This document shows positions 15,463-23,937 of a stretch of DNA of 25,304 nucleotides, one piece after another. The stretch is from a virus. Lineage: Duplodnaviria; Caudoviricetes. The position numbers and the translations under genes are program-made. The notes below the pieces were generated by a model that was not told the origin of the DNA, searched no databases, and was given only the letters and a program-made list of their open reading frames with translations. The stretch lies in the IMG/VR virus record IMGVR_UViG_3300017785_002950, positions 1 to 25,304 of that record; one strand, written 5' to 3'. Numbering within the stretch: the stretch's first letter is position 1; each line of letters opens with the position of its first letter.

Positions 15463-17550
15463 TTACTTGCTTTCGGTATTTGCTTTAGCAAGGAATTCCT
15501 TTGCTAATGCTGAATAACCTTTTGCAAGTGTTGGGTCGGTTGTTGCTTGTGCTTTCGCGTTATATGCGGCGGCTTTTGTCAGCAAATCATTGCTGGTTTC
15601 GCTTACTGGTTTTGCAGTGCGCTTTGGGCCACCAGCCAATGCGAGAGATTTAGCCTCAGCCAACTCAGTTTCCAAACGACTTGCCTTTGACTCTGCCGCC
15701 TCTTTTGCCGACAAAAGTTCTGCAATATCTGTTTTTATGGACTTAGTTGCGCTCTTGATTGCTTCCTCTACTATGGCTTCTACATCTACTAATTTTTCAT
15801 CAGTAGAAACTTCTTCTTTTACATCTTCTTCTGCCGGTACATCTGTATCTGCAGGAGCGGCTTCATCTACCTCATCTGCTTCTGCAGATTTAGGTGTTTC
15901 ATCGGGAGTGTACATTTCAGCCGTTGTTACATGTGATGGCTTTGAAACATTTGCGTAATCGTTGGTAGTTGTTAGACCATGGGTTTCGCCTGGTTGATTG
16001 CAACCACACTCAAGGCACTTGGAAATTTCTTCAGACTTTTTTGCCTCTACAGGCTTGTCTGCTTCTGCTCCCATGTACTTATCAAAACAATCATCTGCTT
16101 CTTTTGAACTCATGCCCGCTTCTTTACAGCGTGCTTTGAAATCCATTTTGGACTCACCTTTTTTTGGAGTCATCATGGCTTTCTTTTTTGCAGGTGTTTC
16201 TTTTTTATCTTCCGCTTCATCTTTGTGCGCGGCAAGATTTATTTCTTTTTCTTCCATAATTTCTCCTTCTGATTCCTCACCTGCATACCATGCAAAAAGG
16301 TGATGAACTGCGGCTATTAGGTGAGTGAGTGAGGATTCTTCATTACTTCCTTCACCCATTTCTTCTGCTTCTATGGCGATAAGTTGAGCCAACGCCTGTC
16401 TTGCAGAATCGTAGGTTTGTTTATCGAACTTTAATAAGTCACCATCTGCATAAGCCTTAGAGAGTTCTATGACCTCATCGGCTAATACAAGCATGGCTTC
16501 CCTTTCAGTTATGTCAGGTAATTCTAGGGCATCTACTGCCTTGTTTGTTTTCTTTTTGTATTTACCCCCGCGCTTCTTATATTCGCGCACTACCCAAGCA
16601 TTAGCGTAGGCAGAAGGGTAAACATCAAACTTTTCTTTAGCCTCGCGTTTAACGCGGTTGTATAATTCTTTATCTGAAGGCTCCGACCTACCGCCACCCT
16701 GTAATACATTTTCGTAATTTGGCTTTTTATCTTCCTTCTCAATTAGTTCTTCTACGCGTGACATTGTGCTTTCGCCATCTGCCGACTTTGCTAGAACCAA
16801 CTGGCAATTAGGATTAGCGGGGCGGTCCACAAGACTAACCTCAACAATTTTGCCATCAACAATGCGCCCGTTAGCCGCTTTTTGGTCACGCACTACTCTT
16901 GGGTTTTTTATCCCAATACTGAATCCTTTTAATACGCCTGTGTCTACCTTTTTTACTGATATAGGGTCTACAACAAGAGCGTGTATGTAATGTCCGTCTG
17001 CGCGTTTTTCGTATTCTTTAGCAACTCCCGCCGCAATATTACTGTGTTGCTCACGAATATTGCCGCCTGTCTTAAACCACTCAGGCATTGCATTGTCTAG
17101 CCAAACAGGGTCACAAATTTGCTGGTCAATGTCTAATGAATCATCGGTTGCCTTGCCATACACCAATAGCGTGCCATCGGCATTTTTGTCTGCCTTTATA
17201 ATGTTGAAATAAGCCGTTGTTAGATTAGTCATTGCTGCTTTGTCCTTTTTCTTTTCTCGTTTAGCGATTGAGTTAGCCCATGATTTTCCTGCATCGCCGC
17301 CCCATAAGAGCCATGCGATATACCCCGCAGAATCAACGCCCCAACCTTCGCCTTTCTTATCTACTTCGTGGCGAGCAAAATAAGAAACCATACGATTGAC
17401 TGTTGATAATGATAATGCTTTTCCGTTTGAAAGGTCACGCGCGCGAGCCACTCCAACAGCCGTACCACCCCGCCCATGCTTTTCGCGTAGTGCTAATCCG
17501 CGTTTGGCATTGTTGCGTACTGATTGTGGGGGTACAAAACCATCAGCCAT
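15463..17550 (-). CDS. Multidomain prohead protease-scaffold protein
   Basis: HK97-type protease motifs VYGKA..D..Q, IREQH, LKGFSIG, EVSLVDRPANP; acidic/coiled-coil scaffold C-terminus; extra N-terminal and internal basic domains. Confidence 0.85.
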   Translation of the reverse strand: MADGFVPPQSVRNNAKRGLALREKHGRGGTAVGVARARDLSNGKALSLSTVNRMVSYFARHEVDKKGEGWGVDSAGYIAWLLWGGDAGKSWANSIAKREKKKDKAAMTNLTTAYFNIIKADKNADGTLLVYGKATDDSLDIDQQICDPVWLDNAMPEWFKTGGNIREQHSNIAAGVAKEYEKRADGHYIHALVVDPISVKKVDTGVLKGFSIGIKNPRVVRDQKAANGRIVDGKIVEVSLVDRPANPNCQLVLAKSADGESTMSRVEELIEKEDKKPNYENVLQGGGRSEPSDKELYNRVKREAKEKFDVYPSAYANAWVVREYKKRGGKYKKKTNKAVDALELPDITEREAMLVLADEVIELSKAYADGDLLKFDKQTYDSARQALAQLIAIEAEEMGEGSNEESSLTHLIAAVHHLFAWYAGEESEGEIMEEKEINLAAHKDEAEDKKETPAKKKAMMTPKKGESKMDFKARCKEAGMSSKEADDCFDKYMGAEADKPVEAKKSEEISKCLECGCNQPGETHGLTTTNDYANVSKPSHVTTAEMYTPDETPKSAEADEVDEAAPADTDVPAEEDVKEEVSTDEKLVDVEAIVEEAIKSATKSIKTDIAELLSAKEAAESKASRLETELAEAKSLALAGGPKRTAKPVSETSNDLLTKAAAYNAKAQATTDPTLAKGYSALAKEFLAKANTESK

Positions 17551-17766
17551 TTAATCCTCATCTTCTATTACAGAAAACTTTGGTGTAACTGTATCAATTT
17601 TGTCGTTTTCAAAGTCGTTCAACGCGCGAGCCAATTCTAATTGCCGTTGCTGTAATTCTTTTTTAGCGTTTTCTATACCTTCTTCCGCTGCTTCTGCCAA
17701 TATAATTAATGGCACTTGTGCCCAATTTGTATCATTTGGGTCGCAGTTTTGTTCTATGCCTTCCAT
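17551..17766 (-). CDS. Small acidic protein downstream of MuF (candidate immunity/inhibitor)
   Basis: ATG 17766 with AAGGAG RBS, overlapping the last codons of MuF; 71 aa MEGIEQNCDP...VIEDED. The track start at 17829 is less likely. Confidence 0.6.
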   Translation of the reverse strand: MEGIEQNCDPNDTNWAQVPLIILAEAAEEGIENAKKELQQRQLELARALNDFENDKIDTVTPKFSVIEDED

Positions 17767-19373
17767 CCAAACTCCTTTGCCAATGCTTGAACCAACCTGT
17801 TTTCTGTCTGCCCGCCTGAAAGATACCATTCGGTGAACATTTCAGCATAAAATTCTTTAAGATTTTTGCCTGAGTATTCAGAGGTAAACTCATCGGGGTA
17901 TTCTTTTTTCAATCTTTTTAGCGTCAAACTTGTTTCTGCCGCCTGTCCTACTCCAATTCTACCGTCTGGGGTTACATCAATCGAATGACCCCATTCGTGC
18001 GTTAATGTGTAATCTCTCTGAGCATTGGTTTTTAGCACTGGCATTTTGAAATTGCCTTCTTGTCTTGTAACTTTTAGCGTGTCTGTCAAAACCGTTTCAG
18101 GAGTAAGCCACATTTGTGTTCCACCTAGTTCAGCCCACCCATATTTTCTCTTGCTTGTGCTTCCAATGTTAATGTTTAATTTGGTTTTGGGATTTGTTAA
18201 TTGTAAGCGTTCTACCAATTCTAAAAATTCTTTTCGTTTGTTTTCTGGAATTTTTGCGCCGCTTGCATAGAACCGTACCGACACAGGACCATTTACATAG
18301 ACTTTGCCGTTCTTTAATATATTTCTATCCGTAGAATTTAATTTACCAAATTTTACATAATCTTCAATTTTTTCCCTTGTAAACCTTGGATTAAGTGCAT
18401 GAATACGGTCTACTGTTTCTTCAAATAATTCTTCTTTGCCCATAATGGTCCATGCGCCTTGCACAAAATTGGGAGTTCGTGCGGCGTTAATTTGTTCTGT
18501 GATTTGAGTTGTTGGATTTGGCGCAGGTGTTGAAACTGTTGGAATAGTTGGTGATACCGCTGTGCTGCCAACACCAGGCATTTCCTCATTAAATCCTGGA
18601 ATTACAGGAGCCAAAGCACATCGGCAGTTAGGGTGTGCAGGTGGTTGTATATCTCCTGAAGGAAACGGTGCGCCTATGTTTTCTTTTATATTTGCGTTTT
18701 TGGCACAAGTTACACAAGGGTCAAATACTAACCATTCATGTTGTTGCAATCCTGCATCTTTGTATCGGTTTACAGTTGCTTGAGATATAGCACGATTTTG
18801 TTCTGTGATTGCAATACTTAAAGCGCGAGCAGGACTTGCCACATGATTAGCAATAAGTTTTGCAGATTGTTTGGCATCTAATCCAAGATGTATAGCCTCG
18901 CCTAGAGCATTTCCAATTTCGGTTAAAGTCGTATCTGAAAACCCTTTAAATGTTATGCCTTGCGATTGGAATAATTCTTGAAAAGCGCGAGGTGGTTTTA
19001 GTAATAAAGCCGCTACAGCGTCACCCGGTTTCCATTTAGACCAATCAACAATTCCTTGTGCCTCTGCTTTTTGCGCTTCTTTCGCTTCCAGTAATGCTTC
19101 TCTTGCGGCAGTATCTCCAAGTGCGTAACCCTGTGCCCATATTCTTGCTAATACTTCTTTAAGTGGCTCAAGATTTGGGCGAATATTTACAATTGCCCAC
19201 GCTCTTGCACGCAAGCGTTGTTGAGGTAGGGATAAATTTGTGTCAGGCATTGTTCTTGCGTAGCCCTCAAATGCGCGCTCTGCGTCAAATTGTTGGCGTA
19301 AGGCGGCTCTAATCAGTAATGCGTTTCTAGCCGCTAAACGCGCATCTGCCTCTAATGCGCGCTCCCAAGTCAT
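17754..19373 (-). CDS. MuF (SPP1 gp7-like) minor head protein with C-terminal zincin metallopeptidase domain
   Basis: RALSIAITEQNRA, CVTC and PPAHPNCRC MuF motifs; Pro/Thr linker; C-terminal THEWGH and EFYAEMF. Confidence 0.85.
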   Translation of the reverse strand: MTWERALEADARLAARNALLIRAALRQQFDAERAFEGYARTMPDTNLSLPQQRLRARAWAIVNIRPNLEPLKEVLARIWAQGYALGDTAAREALLEAKEAQKAEAQGIVDWSKWKPGDAVAALLLKPPRAFQELFQSQGITFKGFSDTTLTEIGNALGEAIHLGLDAKQSAKLIANHVASPARALSIAITEQNRAISQATVNRYKDAGLQQHEWLVFDPCVTCAKNANIKENIGAPFPSGDIQPPAHPNCRCALAPVIPGFNEEMPGVGSTAVSPTIPTVSTPAPNPTTQITEQINAARTPNFVQGAWTIMGKEELFEETVDRIHALNPRFTREKIEDYVKFGKLNSTDRNILKNGKVYVNGPVSVRFYASGAKIPENKRKEFLELVERLQLTNPKTKLNINIGSTSKRKYGWAELGGTQMWLTPETVLTDTLKVTRQEGNFKMPVLKTNAQRDYTLTHEWGHSIDVTPDGRIGVGQAAETSLTLKRLKKEYPDEFTSEYSGKNLKEFYAEMFTEWYLSGGQTENRLVQALAKEFGWKA

Positions 19374-21244
19374 GTTAAATACGCTTTTGCAAGCGCCTTA
19401 GCGGTATCTAAATCACCGTCAAATGCACAACGGTTAAGCGCTTCACCAACAATAGGGTCTAGGCTCTTGAACTCAAATAGTCTTGCGCGTTTTCCTTTAG
19501 CCACCCATTTCATAAATGATTTTACTTCAGCCCTAGTTTCTGCATCAACTTCTTCTTCCACTTCTGACGCTTCTTCAGGGGAGATTTCTTCAGGCTGTTC
19601 ATTGCTTGTATTAGGAGTAGTGGGTGTGGTCGGTGTGGCATTAGGACCTTCCAATGTTGGCGCTGAGGTTACTTCCTTAGCGTTAATAATTCCTTGAGGT
19701 GAGAACAAAAAGATGTCAGAACCAGTTACAAGCATTGGCATATCTGCTTGCGGTGTATCTAGGAGAGGCAGACCTAGTTCAGAGCGGCGTTCATTAATTG
19801 TTTTACCTGCGCCCTTTATTTCAATATCCGCCTTCCGCGCTGCGGATTCATTGTCCATGCGCTTGCTAGTCATGAGGCGGAACTCAAGTTCACGCGGCAT
19901 GGCTAGGTATGTGTAACAAAGATTAGAAACCATCTTGCTAATCCATGAGGCTAGTGGAGCAACGCCTATCGCTTCTGCGGTTTCAGCGCGCCCTTCTTCA
20001 AAGCCTTTTCCGCCCAATCCGCCCTTAGGTGCAAAACCAATTTCCGCAGGTTGTACGCCAAAGTGACCACAAATAGATGTAATCAAATAATCATCAAGTG
20101 TATCTTTAAACTTTTCTCCATAACCATCATTAACTACAGGTGTTAGACCCTTTGGAAGTAATCTTGCGCGCTTACGCTGTTCTGTTTGCCCTGCTAAATC
20201 ATCATTTAATATGTTTTCATAGGCTCTAAGTAAGTCAGGATTATTGCCCCAATCCTCATCAGTTGTGAACATCAATTCAGGTAATACACCATCTGTGTAT
20301 TCGGCTCTTAACCATTGTTGGCGGCGCAAGTAAATATCCGCTAATGGTAGGGCGCGCTCAACGGGGCTATATCCATAAACGCTAATGCTTCTACGGTTAC
20401 GGACCATGTAAGCAAGTTGGTCGCTCGTAAATTCGCCGTCTGCCTTTGGGTCCTCATCTGTTGCGCTAAATTCTGAACGAGGGAAACCATAAAGTATCTG
20501 TTGGAACGCCGCGTTTGGTGGCATTGGGCGCATGCCACGGTCATCAATCAAAGGTTTGATGGTTGAGCCGTCTAGTATTTGAAATCCATATAAGTCGCCG
20601 CCTACTGTTGGTTGTGGGTATACAGCCCAAGCATCAATTACAAGAATGTCCTCAAGAGCAATATTTAGCCAATCATTCCAAATCAATCCGTTTGCTTTAT
20701 CGGGTGATTCCCAAAATTCACGAACGCGTGTTATTTCCTCTGTGTATTTCTCGCGCGCGCGAGCCATAGCGCGTACATGGTCGCCGCCTGATTCTGCAAC
20801 AATCTTTTCTGAAGCATCGTTGCCTAAAACAATATCCCAATCAAGACCGTTTAATTTGTTCTTAGTTACTTCTATACATCTACGGAGAATGTCAATAGAG
20901 TCTGCGGCGGCTCGTAATGTCTTAAAAGGTACAAGGCGTGTTTCAGTTACATTTATGTTTTGCGCTACTTGATATTCATAGCGCCTTGGTTGTGGTCGCC
21001 CATTGTCTTGCAGGGGATTGATTGCGCCTGGAGTAATCGGTAGACCAGGACCAAAAGGAACAGTGGCGCTAAATGGTGCGCGTGGTAGGGCTACAGAGTT
21101 ACCGTATGTTTGGCGCATAGTCAGTGCTTCTGCCTGATTACGCATTTCTGATTCCGTCATTGCCACTGAACCCGCAGGTAATCGTGGCGATTTTTCTACA
21201 TCACTTGTTGCTATTACTCTTGCGATACGGTCACGCAGACCCAT
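19370..21244 (-). CDS. Portal protein (HK97-like)
   Basis: ILRRCIE, YGYSPVE, ICGHFGVQPAEIG, TINERRSELGLP. Preferred start ATG 21244 with AGGGAG RBS; the track start is 21298. Confidence 0.9.
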   Translation of the reverse strand: MGLRDRIARVIATSDVEKSPRLPAGSVAMTESEMRNQAEALTMRQTYGNSVALPRAPFSATVPFGPGLPITPGAINPLQDNGRPQPRRYEYQVAQNINVTETRLVPFKTLRAAADSIDILRRCIEVTKNKLNGLDWDIVLGNDASEKIVAESGGDHVRAMARAREKYTEEITRVREFWESPDKANGLIWNDWLNIALEDILVIDAWAVYPQPTVGGDLYGFQILDGSTIKPLIDDRGMRPMPPNAAFQQILYGFPRSEFSATDEDPKADGEFTSDQLAYMVRNRRSISVYGYSPVERALPLADIYLRRQQWLRAEYTDGVLPELMFTTDEDWGNNPDLLRAYENILNDDLAGQTEQRKRARLLPKGLTPVVNDGYGEKFKDTLDDYLITSICGHFGVQPAEIGFAPKGGLGGKGFEEGRAETAEAIGVAPLASWISKMVSNLCYTYLAMPRELEFRLMTSKRMDNESAARKADIEIKGAGKTINERRSELGLPLLDTPQADMPMLVTGSDIFLFSPQGIINAKEVTSAPTLEGPNATPTTPTTPNTSNEQPEEISPEEASEVEEEVDAETRAEVKSFMKWVAKGKRARLFEFKSLDPIVGEALNRCAFDGDLDTAKALAKAYLT

Positions 21245-21287
21245 GTGTATCTCCCTTTGTTGCCCCTTGCGAATCGGGCGTGTTGTA

Positions 21288-21325
21288 ATGATAGCCATTT
21301 TTGCGCTTCTTTGCAGTGATAAGGT
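21288..21325. promoter_or_regulatory. Putative divergent promoter region
   Basis: Minus-strand TATCAT (21288-21293) faces the portal. Plus-strand TGaTAAGGT (21317-21325) lies 6 nt before ATG 21332; this sequence could alternatively act as an SD (AAGGTGA). Confidence 0.35.
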
Positions 21326-21331
21326 GAAGCC

Positions 21332-22333
21332 ATGAATCTAGTGCAGAAGGCAGTTTTAGGTGGGGGCAAATTAGCGCCCTTAGTTATTAGTCATGGTTTG
21401 ACCAGTGGTACAGGGCTTATGAACCCTTCTATTTTTATAGATGATGATGGCGACATATTGGTAAATCTTCGCCATGTTAATTACACGCTTTACCATGCAG
21501 AAAACACCCAACGATTTCCTAGCCGTTGGGGTCCTTTGTCATATCTGCACCCTGAAAAAGATAGGCGATTGATTACAACCAATTATCTTTGTAGGGTAAA
21601 TAAAGATTTGGTTATGACTGATTACACCAAGGTAGACACATCAGAATTTGATGTAGAGCCTATATGGGAGTTTGTTGGAGAGGAAGATTGCCGCGTTGTG
21701 CAATGGGAACGGGATTATTACTTAGTAGGAGTGCGGCGCGATACTACTTCCAATGGACAAGGGCGCATGGAGTATTCCAAGATTGAACTAGATAAAGACG
21801 CATGGAGTGCTAAAGAGGTAAGCCGTGTGCGTATTCCTGCTCCTGCGCCTGATAGTTCTTACTGTGAAAAGAATTGGGTTCCTATTATTGATAAGCCATT
21901 TCACTTTGTTAAATGGACCATGCCTACTGAAGTAGTTTATGCAGACCCAAAAGAGGGCACATGTGAACAAGTGTTTTTGCGCCATACACCTGCCGCTCCT
22001 GCCGACCAGCGTGGTTCTAGTCAGGTAATCCCTTGGGGTAATGTCTACATATCTATAACGCATGAGGTTAATTTGTTTAAAAATTACTTAAAACAAAAAG
22101 ATGCTATCTATAAACATCGCGTTGTAGTCTTTGATAAAGAAATGAATTTTATTGGACTAAGTAAATCTTTTAGTTTCCTTGATGCCCGTGTAGAGTTCTG
22201 TGTAGGAGCGGCGCGTTTGGGTGATGATTTATTAGTTAGTTTTGGTTTCCAAGATAACGCGGCGTTCATTTTACAGGTTCCACAATTTGTCCTGGAAGAT
22301 TTAATATTGGAGGCTTTGGTTTATGAACATTGA
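21332..22333 (+). CDS. Five-bladed beta-propeller glycoside enzyme (GH130/DUF377-like hydrolase, phosphorylase or transferase)
   Basis: MNPSIF, GEEDCRVV, EKNWVP, RGSSQ, YKHR, VEFCVG, VSFGFQD motifs. Confidence 0.7.
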   Translation: MNLVQKAVLGGGKLAPLVISHGLTSGTGLMNPSIFIDDDGDILVNLRHVNYTLYHAENTQRFPSRWGPLSYLHPEKDRRLITTNYLCRVNKDLVMTDYTKVDTSEFDVEPIWEFVGEEDCRVVQWERDYYLVGVRRDTTSNGQGRMEYSKIELDKDAWSAKEVSRVRIPAPAPDSSYCEKNWVPIIDKPFHFVKWTMPTEVVYADPKEGTCEQVFLRHTPAAPADQRGSSQVIPWGNVYISITHEVNLFKNYLKQKDAIYKHRVVVFDKEMNFIGLSKSFSFLDARVEFCVGAARLGDDLLVSFGFQDNAAFILQVPQFVLEDLILEALVYEH

Positions 22334-22883
22334 AGATTTGATTATTGAATTATCACACAAGCCTTTTAGCCCTGAACTTAATTTTAAAGTTGCTGTTAAA
22401 TATGAAGAATTACATCAAAGCGCTTCTGCCGTGTCTTTCTACCTACGAACTGCAGAATACGGTTATGACAAAAACCCATCCTTGGTTTATGCAAGCCTAT
22501 GCAAGTTAGCCCATTGTTTTGAGGACCAAAAAGATAGAGCCTGGACCGTAAGCAATTGTTTGTTACAGGCTGTGTCATATTTGCCTTATCGCCCTGAGGG
22601 TTATTTTCTTTTGTCGCGTTTTTATGAGAAAGCACAACAATGGCAAGAGGCTTATACATGGGCTGAGATGGGATTGCGTACAGAAACTCTGCCTGAGTTA
22701 CCTGTAGATGTTATGTATGCGGGGCGTTATTGTTTAGAGTTCCAAAAAGCCATTAGCGCTTATTGGGTGGGTCGCCCACAAGAGAGTAAAGAAATGCTTA
22801 TAAGATTAAGCCAAATGGAGTTACCAATTGATTACCAAAAGGCTATAGAAGAAAATTTAGGGAGGCTAAGTGCTGTTCTTTGA
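22323..22883 (+). CDS. TPR-like helical repeat protein
   Basis: AVSFYLRTAE, AVSYLPYRPEGYFLLSRFYE...EAY, AISAYWVGRPQES; GGAGG RBS; overlaps both neighbours. Confidence 0.75.
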   Translation: MNIEDLIIELSHKPFSPELNFKVAVKYEELHQSASAVSFYLRTAEYGYDKNPSLVYASLCKLAHCFEDQKDRAWTVSNCLLQAVSYLPYRPEGYFLLSRFYEKAQQWQEAYTWAEMGLRTETLPELPVDVMYAGRYCLEFQKAISAYWVGRPQESKEMLIRLSQMELPIDYQKAIEENLGRLSAVL

Positions 22884-23541
22884 TATTGGCGCTAATCGTG
22901 GGGATGCAACATTAGTTGCATTACAACAAGGCTATGATGTTATTGCTGTTGAGCCTGCACCTCGTGTATTTGGGCAGTTAATAAAAAACTTTATTTACAA
23001 TCCTCGTGTAACTCCTTTGCGTTATGCAATAAGTGATACAGATTATCAACTTGTTGAGTTTTATGAATGTGTAGAGGATGGACTAAGCACTTTGAATAAA
23101 GATTGGCTTACCAATGAAACGATGCCTTATTGTGGCAAAGAATATCGCACCATAAAAGCAACAACTATTACCCTAGATACCCTTGCTGAAAAATTTGGGC
23201 CACCCGATTTAATAAAGATTGATGTGGAGGGAGCAGAGTGGCATGTATTACGCGGCATGACACGCAAGTACAACACCCTTGCTATGGAATGGACATTTGA
23301 AACTATGGCAGAGCATGAGGCACAAATGGATTATTTATATGCTCTTGGATACAGGCAAATTGCTCTGCAATACATTGTAAATCACCTAGAACAACCGGAA
23401 GATTGGTTTTTATTGCAAGAAAATAATACAAATCAGATGCTTATATGGCATCAAGAAACATCTGATGAGTGGATAGAAAGCGGTTGGCAAAAGGCAGGAT
23501 TACGCCCCACTGCAGATGTAGGAATGATGTGGGTTCGTTAA
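22870..23541 (+). CDS. FkbM-family SAM-dependent methyltransferase
   Basis: FDIGANRG, VIAVEP, TLDTL, LIKIDVEGAEWHVLRG; GTG start with GGGAGG RBS. Confidence 0.88.
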   Translation: MLFFDIGANRGDATLVALQQGYDVIAVEPAPRVFGQLIKNFIYNPRVTPLRYAISDTDYQLVEFYECVEDGLSTLNKDWLTNETMPYCGKEYRTIKATTITLDTLAEKFGPPDLIKIDVEGAEWHVLRGMTRKYNTLAMEWTFETMAEHEAQMDYLYALGYRQIALQYIVNHLEQPEDWFLLQENNTNQMLIWHQETSDEWIESGWQKAGLRPTADVGMMWVR

Positions 23542-23565
23542 TCTTTACTAAGTTTTAGATTATGG

Positions 23566-23937
23566 TTAAACTTCTACCCAACTAAGTGTTGTTTCATCCC
23601 AAACATAATCTTTTCCGTCATTTGGATATGGAACTGGAGGTATCCACCAATAAGTTTCTGAGTCAAGAATCCAAGAAGGATAAGGTTGTGGCGCAAAGAA
23701 ACCAATGCCATCAAAATTATATCCAATGCCAGCATAATTCTTGCGAAATGCAGGGCTACCATCATCGCCATAATGAACGCCGCCGCTAGTCCAGTATGAG
23801 GTGCGCTTGCAAACTTGCCCTCTGAAATTACCATACCAAGTTTCGGTGTCTAAACCATCTATTAGTTCAGTTTCATCTATGCCAGCAATAACTTCAGTCA
23901 CTATGTTGTTTTCATCTAAAAATGCGTAATGTGCCAT
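23566..23937 (-). CDS. MAHY-type small tail-fibre-associated protein, paralog B
   Basis: MAHYAFLDENNIVTEVI...CKRTSY...FRKNYAGIGY...PQPYPSW...WIPPVPYP...YVWDETTLSW; TAATG overlap. Confidence 0.7.
   Translation of the reverse strand: MAHYAFLDENNIVTEVIAGIDETELIDGLDTETWYGNFRGQVCKRTSYWTSGGVHYGDDGSPAFRKNYAGIGYNFDGIGFFAPQPYPSWILDSETYWWIPPVPYPNDGKDYVWDETTLSWVEV

Noticed and set aside
14689-20972. Plus-strand and alternate-frame ORFs within capsid, protease, MuF and portal genes
   Set aside because: Fully nested in well-supported genes and compositionally typical shadow ORFs.
23539-23562. TAATCT/AGATTA inverted repeat at the convergent junction as a bidirectional terminator
   Set aside because: Only 6 bp, AT-rich, with a 12 nt loop; too weak to support.
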